DNA from: Promethearchaeota archaeon
GTDB lineage: Archaea; Asgardarchaeota; Lokiarchaeia; Sigyniarchaeales; SOKP01
Direction of reading: 5' to 3'
Assembly: GCA_048940925.1 (NCBI GenBank)
Contig: JBHLOC010000070.1
Coordinates: 1 to 13,806 of the forward strand
Length of the DNA stretch: 13,806 nt
The position numbers and the translations under genes were made by a program. Positions 1 to 9,073 of the stretch are shown here, in pieces; position 1 is the stretch's first letter; each line of letters starts with the position of its first letter. A model generated the notes under the pieces. That model saw only the letters and a program-made list of their open reading frames with translations. It was not told the origin of the DNA and searched no databases.

Positions 1-633
1 AATTATTTAATCCAGATAGACACTTTGCCAAGTTTTGATACGGAAAATCTTATCAATGAAACAATTTCTTCTTTAAGTTATTCACCTCCCACTCCTTTAT
101 CTGATGGAACTTGGTATTGGAGAGTTGGGGCTTTTGATTCTGAAGGAGATTTAGGTTTTTTTGCAGCTACTCAAAGTGTAAAAATATTTTTCATTCCTTT
201 AAGTTCCCCAACACTTATATCTCCAAATAATGGTTCAATTACTAATGATAACACCCCTACTTTCTCTTGGAGTGAAGTTACTGTTGCGGTTAATTATACT
301 TTACAGCTAGATACTTCTATTGATTTTTCCTCATCTGATCTTATAACTATTGATGGAATTATTCCAACTGAATATGAATTAACAACTCCCCTTTCTGATG
401 GTATTTGGTATTGGCGAGTATTTGCATATAACTCTGATGGAGATCAGGGCCCTTTCTCAGATACTCGAACCCTAATCGTGGATACTACTAGTGAAGGCAA
501 TGGAAAAGGAGGTGGTAAAATTTTAGGATATTCTCCCCCTATAGTTTTAGGTATATTATTCCTTATGTCTTTAAGTTGTATATATTTTTACCTAAGGAAG
601 GAGAAACTGAGAGAGAAAAACATAATTAGATAA
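1..633 (+). CDS. 5'-partial cell-surface protein with tandem FN3/Ig-like repeats and C-terminal Loki-CTERM-like membrane anchor
   Basis: Frame 1 is open from base 1 (NYLIQIDTLPSF...), so the TTG at 25 is not the true start. Two ~97-98 aa repeats (NYxxQxDT...TPLSDGxWYWRVxAxxSxGDxG) are followed by a Gly-rich linker, ILGY, a hydrophobic helix and a basic tail (RKEKLREK). Confidence 0.8.
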   Translation, partial: NYLIQIDTLPSFDTENLINETISSLSYSPPTPLSDGTWYWRVGAFDSEGDLGFFAATQSVKIFFIPLSSPTLISPNNGSITNDNTPTFSWSEVTVAVNYTLQLDTSIDFSSSDLITIDGIIPTEYELTTPLSDGIWYWRVFAYNSDGDQGPFSDTRTLIVDTTSEGNGKGGGKILGYSPPIVLGILFLMSLSCIYFYLRKEKLREKNIIR

Positions 634-641
634 GAAATTAA

Positions 642-662
642 TTTTATCTTTTATTTTTTTTT
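642..662 (+). terminator. Putative oligo-T archaeal terminator after the surface protein gene
   Basis: TTTTATCTTTTATTTTTTTTT starts 9 nt after the stop at 633, between convergent genes. The AT-rich background weakens specificity. Confidence 0.4.
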
Positions 663-776
663 ATAAATTTATAGTAAGAGTAAACAGGGATCAATAAATA
701 AAAGTATTTAGATTTTTATCAAAAAGTGTTATCGATAACTAGTAATCATTGTTAATTTTGGACAATTTTAAATTAT

Positions 777-1256
777 TCAAAAATTAGTAATAAAGCGTTT
801 CTCTCTTTTTTCTACATACTGTTGGTGATAATCTTCTGCTTGCCAAAAGTCTGAGGCGGGTACAATCTGGGTAACAATCGGGTTTTTGAAGCGTTTAGAA
901 TCTTCAAGTCTAGTTTTAGTGTTCTCAGCTTTTTCTTTCTGTTCTGAATCAAGATAGAAAATTGCTGACCTATATTGAGTGCCAACATCTGGACCTTGCC
1001 GATTTAGAGTAGTTGGGTCATGAATCGACCAGAATACATCTAATAGCTCATCATATGTTACTTTAGAGGGATCATAGGTAATTTCAATAGCCTCAGCATG
1101 GCCCGTCTTATGAGAACATACATCTTTATAGGTTGGATTAGTAAAATGTCCACCAGTATATCCCACACGAGTAGACACCACGCCTTTTATTTTTCGAAAA
1201 TTGGCTTCTACTCCCCAAAAACAACCTGCTGCAAAAATTGCTCTTTGATATTCCAT
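777..1256 (-). CDS. msrA: Peptide-methionine (S)-S-oxide reductase MsrA
   Basis: GCFWG catalytic motif, [27 protein letters not shown] and AEDYHQQY. Start moved to the ATG at 1256 (MEYQRAIF), which is preceded by GTGTGATAAAT (SD-like). The 29 extra N-terminal residues in the ORF track look non-coding. Confidence 0.97.
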   Translation of the reverse strand: MEYQRAIFAAGCFWGVEANFRKIKGVVSTRVGYTGGHFTNPTYKDVCSHKTGHAEAIEITYDPSKVTYDELLDVFWSIHDPTTLNRQGPDVGTQYRSAIFYLDSEQKEKAENTKTRLEDSKRFKNPIVTQIVPASDFWQAEDYHQQYVEKREKRFITNF

Positions 1257-1299
1257 ATTTATCACACAAGGATTCCATGAAATAAATCTTGGTCTAATG

Positions 1300-1308
1300 T
1301 TATATAAA
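1300..1308 (-). promoter_or_regulatory. Candidate TATA box for msrA in the msrA/msrB divergent intergenic region
   Basis: Reads TTTATATAA on the minus strand, ~45 nt upstream of the msrA ATG. The core TTATATAA is palindromic. Confidence 0.35.
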
Positions 1309-1407
1309 TTTAAGACGAATAGTAGGATTTTTCTATAGTACATATCCTCATTTTTTTTAGGATTTATAAGGAATCAATTATAATACCAGTATTTCCTTTT
1401 TAACAGT

Positions 1408-1797
1408 ATGAAGTCTAAAGAAACTGAAGATAAATGGAAAAATAAATTATCAAAAGAGCAATACCACGTTCTTCGTGAAAAAGGAACTGAACCTGCTTTC
1501 ACTGGAAAATATTGGAATAATCATCGAACAGGGATTTATAAATGCGCAGGTTGTGGAAAACCTTTATTTTCTTCTGAAGATAAGTTTGATTCTGGAACTG
1601 GATGGCCAAGTTTTTATGAACCTATTGATAAAGAAAACATTGAAGAAAAATTGGATACAAGTTATGGAATGAAGCGCACTGAGGTCCTATGTAAAAATTG
1701 TGGGGGGCATCTAGGGCATGTTTTTGACGATGTACCAAAGAATAAGGGATGTCGATATTGTATTAATTCGATTTCTTTAGATTTTGAGAAGAAATGA
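1408..1797 (+). CDS. msrB: Peptide-methionine (R)-S-oxide reductase MsrB, zinc-binding type
   Basis: GTE..FTG, two Zn CxxC motifs (CAGC, CKNC), [21 protein letters not shown] and RYCINS. Confidence 0.97.
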   Translation: MKSKETEDKWKNKLSKEQYHVLREKGTEPAFTGKYWNNHRTGIYKCAGCGKPLFSSEDKFDSGTGWPSFYEPIDKENIEEKLDTSYGMKRTEVLCKNCGGHLGHVFDDVPKNKGCRYCINSISLDFEKK

Positions 1798-1919
1798 GGT
1801 ATTTTATAGTATTAATATTATGATAACTGAAAAATTTATCGCTATTAAACAAGATAAAGAGAATTTCCGTAAAACTGTGCATTTTTATATATTTAGAAAA
1901 AAACGAGAATAGTAATATA

Positions 1920-2486
1920 ATGAGTTTAACGAAGGTAAAAGAAACATTAGGGGAAAAATTTAGTCATGATAGTAATTTTCTAAACTCAGTCATACAAGAG
2001 CTAAAATTGGACAAAAGTTCAAAAATTTTAGATGTTGGTACTGGTTGGGGGTTTATGGCAATCACACTTGCAGTTCATGGTTATGAAGTTATTACTGGTG
2101 AACCAGAGAACGCAAATTGGGCTGATTGGAAATCAAGAGCCGAAAAAGCTAATGTAAAGGAAAAAATAACTTTCAAACCATTTTATGCTGAAAATTTGCC
2201 TTTTGAAAATGATTCTTTTGATGCTATTTTTCTTTATACCTCACTCCATCATATCCAAGATAAACCACGTGCGATAAGTGAAATGATCCGTGTTATGAAG
2301 AAAGATGGTTATTTAGTTATAATCGAATTGACAGAAAAGGGTGTTGAGCTAATAAGAAAAAGGCATATTAACCATCCTGATGCTGTCAATCCAAAAGATT
2401 TTATAAAGAATGTTAATCTTGAAGCAAGGATTAAAAAGAGTATGTATCTAAATGCTTACATTTATAAACATCAGAATAATGATTAA
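1920..2486 (+). CDS. Class I SAM-dependent methyltransferase (Methyltransf_11/UbiE-like), substrate unknown
   Basis: Motif I ILDVGTGWG, AENLPFENDSFDAI, SLHHI and RVMKKDG. Confidence 0.88.
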   Translation: MSLTKVKETLGEKFSHDSNFLNSVIQELKLDKSSKILDVGTGWGFMAITLAVHGYEVITGEPENANWADWKSRAEKANVKEKITFKPFYAENLPFENDSFDAIFLYTSLHHIQDKPRAISEMIRVMKKDGYLVIIELTEKGVELIRKRHINHPDAVNPKDFIKNVNLEARIKKSMYLNAYIYKHQNND

Positions 2487-2739
2487 CTATAATTTTTATT
2501 AATTAAAAGAGCAATAATTTAACTATTTTTAATTTATAAATTAATTTTGGTTTAGGAAAATTTAAAAACTGAATTCTAGAATACAATAACGTTTTGTATT
2601 TAGTAGAGCACAAAATAGGCTAAATAAGAGGGCATTTTCCGAGATACTTAAAGACAATATCATTGCTTGTATTAATTAGTGAGATCTTTTTAAAGTAATG
2701 GAATATAATTGGTAAATACTTTTATTTTAGGTTTTATTC

Positions 2740-2919
2740 ATGGAAAAAAGGGTAAAAAATAAAGGATTAACGCGTGGTAGAAAGGATGAATCAGTCATTG
2801 AGAGATTAGCAGAATTTTGGCCTGAACCACGTGAACAATTACATTTTGGGGACTGGGATAGTACTTATCAGTTAATAGAGAGACTTAATTTACTTAATAA
2901 TTTATTAATACTCAAATAA
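2740..2919 (+). pseudogene. 59-aa small ORF, possibly a remnant of a carboxymuconolactone decarboxylase/AhpD-like gene
   Basis: ATG at 2740 to TAA at 2919 gives MEKRVKNKGLTRGRKDESVIERLAEFWPEPREQLHFGDWDSTYQLIERLNLLNNLLILK, just under the ORF-track cutoff. It is more GC-rich than its flanks. SVIERLAEFWP...HFGD loosely recalls CMD-family N-termini. Confidence 0.3.
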
Positions 2920-2944
2920 TTTTCCAAAAAAGAGAGGTTTGAAA

Positions 2945-3349
2945 ATGCAAAAAATAAATGATTTGAGTAAAAGTGTGATATTTCCCAAGGGAGAAAAAGC
3001 AACAAGTGATTATTTTACAGGGAATGTATGGGTTCAAATGCTGGTGACGGAGGAGTTATTTAATTGTCAAGTCTACAATGTAACCTTTGAACCAGAAGCA
3101 AGAACTAAATGGCATTCACATCCAGGGGGACAAATTCTTCTTGTAACAGGAGGTAAAGGATATTATCAAGAAGAAGGAAAACCAGCACAATCGCTTCAAG
3201 AAGGAGATGTTGTGAAAATTCCCCCAAATGTAAAACATTGGCATGGGGCATCAAAAGATAGTTGGTTTGTTCATGTTGGTATTAGTACGAATCCTAGTTT
3301 AGGAAATGCAGAATGGCTAGGACCAGTAACAGAAGAAGAATATCAATGA
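2945..3349 (+). CDS. Cupin-2 domain protein (type often linked to CMD and aldo-keto reductase genes)
   Basis: YFTGNVW, VTFEPEARTKWHSHPGGQIL and VKHWHGA cupin motifs. ATG at 2945 preferred because GAGGT lies just upstream. Confidence 0.9.
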   Translation: MQKINDLSKSVIFPKGEKATSDYFTGNVWVQMLVTEELFNCQVYNVTFEPEARTKWHSHPGGQILLVTGGKGYYQEEGKPAQSLQEGDVVKIPPNVKHWHGASKDSWFVHVGISTNPSLGNAEWLGPVTEEEYQ

Positions 3350-3546
3350 AAGCAGCAATCTTTAAAAGTAAGAATAAGATAGTGATCGAGGAGCGCCCAA
3401 AACCGAATATCAAGGAATCAACGGATGCGATTGTTCGTGTAGTACTCTCTTGCGTATGCAGTTTGGATTTATGGTATTATCGCGACTTTAGTGACCATTC
3501 AAAAGGGTCAATTGGTCATGAGTGTATCGGTAATTTAAAAGAATAA
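3346..3546 (+). pseudogene. Truncated zinc-dependent alcohol dehydrogenase (MDR superfamily), N-terminal 66 aa only
   Basis: ATG overlaps the cupin stop (ATGA). MKAA...PKPNIKESTDAIVRVVLSCVCSLDLWYY...GHECIG is the typical MDR N-terminus, but it stops a few codons after GHE. No downstream continuation is visible, and CGSD has become CSLD. Confidence 0.85.
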
Positions 3547-3644
3547 ATGTTAAATACTTTTTCTTAAATAACTTCGATTCATTAATTTATATTTATTTTT
3601 TTAATCACCAACTTTTTTAGGTTATCTACTTATCTGTTTTAATA

Positions 3645-4022
3645 ATGATGAATGCTAAAGATTTTTCAATTAAGAAGAAGATACTTATTGAACATTTAGC
3701 AGAGTTATTTCTAGAATTACGTTATGTTAAAATTCATTGTGAGCGATGTTATGGAACGAAAATTTATACTAAGCTGAAAAAACCTAGAACTTTAATCAGA
3801 GTTAATGAACTCGAATCATATATAGATTATAAGGCTAAGGAACTTAGTGGAGAAGAAAAAATAGATCTTAAGCTTGATCATGCCGTCAAAGTATGGATAA
3901 AAAAAGCTATTAACTCTGGTATTCATTCAATAAGTTTTGATAAGGAAGAAGCTTCAGATAATACTAATATTACTTATTTCTATGAATTATTTTCTCAAGA
4001 CTTAATTTTTGAGAACAAATAA
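3645..4022 (+). CDS. Hypothetical protein with one CxxC motif
   Basis: 125-aa ORF with host-like AT-rich codons. Contains HCERC; no family recognised. Confidence 0.65.
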   Translation: MMNAKDFSIKKKILIEHLAELFLELRYVKIHCERCYGTKIYTKLKKPRTLIRVNELESYIDYKAKELSGEEKIDLKLDHAVKVWIKKAINSGIHSISFDKEEASDNTNITYFYELFSQDLIFENK

Positions 4023-4085
4023 ATTATTCTACCTTAATTTAAATTGAAAATTGTTATAATATAAAAGTGAGATAAAAAAAATTAA

Positions 4086-5084
<999 letters not shown>

Positions 5085-5114
5085 GAATTAAGAAAAATAA
5101 TTCTTAAGAAATAA

Positions 5115-6056
5115 ATGAAGCTTACTATGGAGAAAAAAGCTTATCGAATTGATATTCATCATCACATTTTACCTCCAGAATATCTTAAATCTTTAGCTAA
5201 AGTTGGTATTACAACTGCTGGGAATGTAGGATTCCCAACATGGGAGCCAAGGGATAGCCTAGAGCTAATGGATCGCCAGGGTATCGCGACTGCTATAACT
5301 TCAATTTCTACTCCTGGAATTTTTTTCGGAGATCGTGTATTTACACGAGATTTAGCACGAATATGTAATGATTTTTCAGCTAAATTAATTAACAAATATC
5401 CTCAACGTTTTGGTGGATTTGCTACATTACCCTTACCAGACATCGAAGCATCATTAATTGAATTAGAGTATGCATTAGATACATTGGAACTGGATGGTGT
5501 TGTCTTACTTTCTAACATAAATGGAAAATATTTGGGAGATCCCGAATTTGAAGAACTTTTTTCAGAACTTAATCGTCGAAGATCAGTGGTATTTATTCAT
5601 CCACATGCACCTCCTAATGATAAATTGCCCCAACTCAGTTTTCCTACCTCTGTTTTAGAATTTGTTTTTGATACAACACGCGCAGTTGCAAATATACTTC
5701 ATCATGGCATTCTTAAACAATTTTCCAATATTCGATTTATATTAGCGCATGCTGGAGGGACTGCTCCTTACTTAGCATGGAGAATAACTTTTGGAAATAA
5801 AAGGTTAATAAAGTATCTAAAGAACTTCTTTTATGATATGGCAATATCAGCAACCTCTTATGTGCTTAAAACTATTATGGAAGTAGCGAATCCTTCAAAA
5901 TTGCTTTTTGGTAGTGATTTTCCCTTTGTTCATGAAAGAATAGTAAAGGAAATGATTCAAGGGATTGGAAATTATGACGATCTTGATAAAGAAGACTGTA
6001 TTGCTATTGAGCGGGAAAATGCTCTAATGCTATTTCCTCGATTTAGTTATGAATAA
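5115..6056 (+). CDS. Amidohydrolase-2 family protein (ACMSD / aromatic-acid decarboxylase-like)
   Basis: IDIHHH metal motif, VFIHP, FDTTRA, LAHAGG and FGSDFPF. Alternative start at 5127. Confidence 0.9.
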   Translation: MKLTMEKKAYRIDIHHHILPPEYLKSLAKVGITTAGNVGFPTWEPRDSLELMDRQGIATAITSISTPGIFFGDRVFTRDLARICNDFSAKLINKYPQRFGGFATLPLPDIEASLIELEYALDTLELDGVVLLSNINGKYLGDPEFEELFSELNRRRSVVFIHPHAPPNDKLPQLSFPTSVLEFVFDTTRAVANILHHGILKQFSNIRFILAHAGGTAPYLAWRITFGNKRLIKYLKNFFYDMAISATSYVLKTIMEVANPSKLLFGSDFPFVHERIVKEMIQGIGNYDDLDKEDCIAIERENALMLFPRFSYE

Positions 6057-6087
6057 TAGAGATATTCTAAAATAAAAAACTAGTTAA

Positions 6088-6849
6088 TTAAACGTCCCGA
6101 GATTTAAATCTCAGGTAAGAAATTGTAAGACAAGGTATAAGATACAAAAGTGATATATAGATTGCCAATAATAAATCTATATTCATCCCCGACATTGCTG
6201 TATCCCCTAAGAAAATAGCTTGTCCTGCTAATTCTAGATAAATGAAGGTTGGATTTGGCAAACTTGGATCAATAAATAGAAAAACTGCAAATACTATAGC
6301 TGAACTTGAGAATATAATGAATCCTATTATCATAGCTTGACTACCTGATCTAAAAAGAGCACTACATAGAAGATAAAGAGAAGTACATGATACACCAACT
6401 AAACAATAATATCCAAACCATATTATTAATTCAATAGAAAGGGTATTATACTTTATTAAACAAAAAATAATTGTTACTATGAGTGCAGGAGTAAACCATA
6501 CTAAGACACTAGAAAAAGCAGCAAATGCTTTTCCAATAAAAAAATTATCACGTCCAGTTTTGGTAAAATTGGTTAATGCTGTCTTTTTATCAAATTCATT
6601 AGCTATAATTCCGCCAGCAAAAAATAATGTTAAAAGATAGGAAACTGAACCTATTTGACTAAGCGTACTTCCACAAAAAAGCTTAGCATTAGGACTTGAT
6701 AAGGACATCAGAGACGTCAAAATGACAGCTATTACTGATAATAAAGCAACTAAAATATATCTCTTTCTCAGTAGAAATATTTCAAACCTATAGATATTGA
6801 AAATTTGCTTTAAATTAAGATTTTCCTCTAAAATTATATTAGAGTTCAC
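6088..6849 (-). CDS. ABC-2 type transporter permease
   Basis: About six hydrophobic segments, IANEFDKKT...GK motif and C-terminal FKSRDV. The GTG start overlaps the ATPase stop (GTGA) and has GGAGGTG upstream. Confidence 0.88.
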   Translation of the reverse strand: MNSNIILEENLNLKQIFNIYRFEIFLLRKRYILVALLSVIAVILTSLMSLSSPNAKLFCGSTLSQIGSVSYLLTLFFAGGIIANEFDKKTALTNFTKTGRDNFFIGKAFAAFSSVLVWFTPALIVTIIFCLIKYNTLSIELIIWFGYYCLVGVSCTSLYLLCSALFRSGSQAMIIGFIIFSSSAIVFAVFLFIDPSLPNPTFIYLELAGQAIFLGDTAMSGMNIDLLLAIYISLLYLIPCLTISYLRFKSRDV

Positions 6850-7871
6850 TCTTTCAACACACCTCCATTTTTATCATCATCTTGCTCTACTAGTCTTATA
6901 TACAAATCTTCTAACCGAGAAGTCCGAATTTTACTAAATCCAATAATTGGAAGTCTCATGTCTATAGATAAAATTTCATGAATTTTCTTAAGAGATAAAA
7001 GTGTTCCATCGTAGTATATATTGAATCCAGGAACATTATCATCGTATAGAACAAAATTTTTAGCCCCTTTTTCGCAATATTGCTCAATATTATTGCTGAT
7101 TGCATTTACAATTTTCTCAACTTGAGATAGTTCGAGTGGCTCAAAAATTTCGCATTGAATTTGCTTTTTAGTCATTTTCTGTTCTAAATTGATAAGAGTA
7201 TCAACTGCAATTACATTACCATGATTTATTATAACTATACGATCACAGACTTCCGATATTTCGTATAATAAATGAGATGAGAGGAAAATTGTCTTCCCTA
7301 TTTTTTTCAATTTTTGTAGGATTTTTCGAACTAGTATACGTCCAGAAGGATCTAAACCTGTTTGTGGTTCGTCAAGAACGAGTACGTCTGGGTCATGTAC
7401 TAAAGCTTGTGCAAGCCCTAACCTTTGAACCATTCCTTTTGAAAATTCTTTTATGATTTTATTTTTCCATTTTGACATTTCAACAATTTCAAGTGCCCAG
7501 TCTATTTGTTCTTCAATAATATCTTTAGATAATCCTAATAAACGACAATAATACCGAAGTATTTGATGTGGTGTTATATTTCCGTAAAAAGCGGGTAAAT
7601 CAATCAAAAAACCAATTAGTTTAAAGAGATCAGCTGGTTTTTTTATAGTATCTATTAAGTATCCATTATGATTATATATTTCAATTTTTCCACTCGTTGG
7701 TTTAATTAGTCCACCTAACATTTTCATAGTTGTTGTCTTTCCTGCTCCATTAGGACCAACAAATCCCAGGATTTCCCCTTCATAGATTTCCAAATTTAAA
7801 TTGTTTACAGCTATTAAGTCATGGAACCTTTTATTAATGTTCGTGAACTTTACGATAGTTTTAGGTGACAT
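6846..7871 (-). CDS. ABC transporter ATP-binding protein (ABC-2/multidrug-type)
   Basis: Walker A GPNGAGKTT, signature FSKGM, Walker B LVLDEP and H-loop SSH. ATG at 7871 is preceded by GGTGA (SD), so it is preferred over 7880. Confidence 0.95.
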   Translation of the reverse strand: MSPKTIVKFTNINKRFHDLIAVNNLNLEIYEGEILGFVGPNGAGKTTTMKMLGGLIKPTSGKIEIYNHNGYLIDTIKKPADLFKLIGFLIDLPAFYGNITPHQILRYYCRLLGLSKDIIEEQIDWALEIVEMSKWKNKIIKEFSKGMVQRLGLAQALVHDPDVLVLDEPQTGLDPSGRILVRKILQKLKKIGKTIFLSSHLLYEISEVCDRIVIINHGNVIAVDTLINLEQKMTKKQIQCEIFEPLELSQVEKIVNAISNNIEQYCEKGAKNFVLYDDNVPGFNIYYDGTLLSLKKIHEILSIDMRLPIIGFSKIRTSRLEDLYIRLVEQDDDKNGGVLKE

Positions 7872-8165
7872 ACTCACCACGATATATTATTATTAAAATG
7901 GTTTACAATAGAATTGCTATTCTAAAAATAGATTCAGAAATGTTTAATTATTTAACTTATGGAGTCCAATTTTTCTTTTTCAAGTTTTTCGGGATCAATG
8001 ATTCTTCAAAATAATAAGTATTAAAAAATCACAGAAGATAGTCAACATAAAAATGAATATGTTATTTTAGAATGTCCAATTAATAGAGTAGAGAAATAAG
8101 GATTCCTATTTTTATTTAAATTAATTAATTCAATGTTTTATTGAATTTGTCTTCAAATTAAAAAA

Positions 8166-8240
8166 GATTTGGATAAGTTTGGCTAACTTTTAAGAAAAAA
8201 AGCTTCATTATCCTTTTCAACTTTAATCCTACCAAATCAT
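8166..8240 (-). promoter_or_regulatory. Structured 3' UTR element of the UGA-containing gene (candidate SECIS and/or terminator)
   Basis: Complementary arms GAUUUGG/CCAAAUC (8232-8238 with 8166-8172), GGAUAA/UUAUCC and AGCUUUU/AAAAGUU. Two AUGA motifs (8240-8237, 8208-8205), followed by a U-run. A clean AUGA/GA kink-turn could not be established by eye. Confidence 0.3.
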
Positions 8241-8242
8241 TA

Positions 8243-8710
8243 TTATTGGATTTTTTTTAATACTTCGAAAATTTCTTCATTTGTGGGAATATCGCTCATA
8301 CTATCACCATAATATGCATATTGAATGATTCCTTGCTTATTAATGACCAATAATCCCGGCATTCTCCCAAGTTTAGTAATTTTTACTTCTTGTTTAAGCA
8401 TTTTAGGAACTTTTTTTGTTTTATCATAAAATACAGGATATTTACGTGCATATTTTTGTTCCATTTTAATCGCATTTTCCTTTTTATCAGCTAATATTGG
8501 ATATAAGTAAGCATTTAATTCTTCAAACTTTTCATAATCTTTCCGTAGTTGAGCAGCATGCCAACGACAATAAGGTCAATGAATATCCCTGAAAAGAACT
8601 AATACAACGTTCTTACCCTCTAAGTCTCTGATATTTACCGTTTCTTCTCTTGAATTAGATAATTTAAATTCTTGAATTTTTGTACCTACTAATTGAAATT
8701 TATCCTTCAT
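8243..8710 (-). CDS. Peroxiredoxin-like (AhpC/TSA, thioredoxin-fold) protein, probable selenoprotein with UxxC motif (Sec45)
   Basis: ATG at 8710 reads MKDKFQLVGTKIQEFKLSNSREETVNIRDLEGKNVVLVLFRDIH-TGA-PYCRWHAAQLRKDYEKFEELNAYLYPILAD... in frame with the 73-aa ORF-track fragment. TGA (8576-8578) is the only interruption in 155 codons and sits at the first Cys of the family's CPxC motif. Confidence 0.9.
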
Positions 8711-8907
8711 TTGAATAACCTTATTTAAAATTTTATTGTACTAAAAAATAGTTTAAGTAAAATAATATATATACTTTACAGATAAATTTCATAAACAAAT
8801 TATTTGTAAAGAAATGATTTTTGATTAAACTACTTTTTATACACATTTTTAATAATTCTTCATTTACACAAATCTTTTAAAAGTTAAAAATTTACAATTA
8901 ACTTTAG

Positions 8908-8923
8908 AGAAAATTAATTTTCT
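8908..8923. promoter_or_regulatory. Perfect 16-bp palindrome in the divergent prx-like/acr3 intergenic region
   Basis: AGAAAATTAATTTTCT equals its own reverse complement and lies ~150 nt upstream of acr3. Function is inferred only. Confidence 0.3.
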
Positions 8924-9073
8924 ACTTACAAATCAATTAAAAAATTAGGGTTATTTTGATGAGGGTTTTTTCGATGTTTTCTTCTAATTTTTAAACAAAA
9001 TTATTTAATATTATTTTCAATTTATAACAAATTAACTATATAGGAATTAAATCAATTTTAGAAATTATATTTC

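Noticed and set aside
728-739. Perfect 12-bp palindrome GTTATCGATAAC
   Set aside because: Lies between convergent genes and occurs once, so no function can be supported.
768-779. msrA TGA stop as a possible C-terminal Sec (read-through gives ...ITNF-U-II-stop, near where some MsrAs have a resolving Cys)
   Set aside because: TGA is an ordinary stop for several genes here, the extension is only two residues, and no convincing SECIS fold is visible downstream. It would need orthologue evidence.
1098-1280. 60-aa plus-strand ORF
   Set aside because: Antisense shadow of msrA.
1475-1672. 65-aa ORF
   Set aside because: Alternative frame inside msrB.
2563-2663. 33-aa minus-strand ORF (MILSLSISEN...) and imperfect inverted repeat at 2580-2600
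   Set aside because: Too short, with no recognisable motif; compatible with chance in AT-rich DNA.
5162-5395. 77-aa minus-strand ORF
   Set aside because: Antisense shadow of the amidohydrolase.
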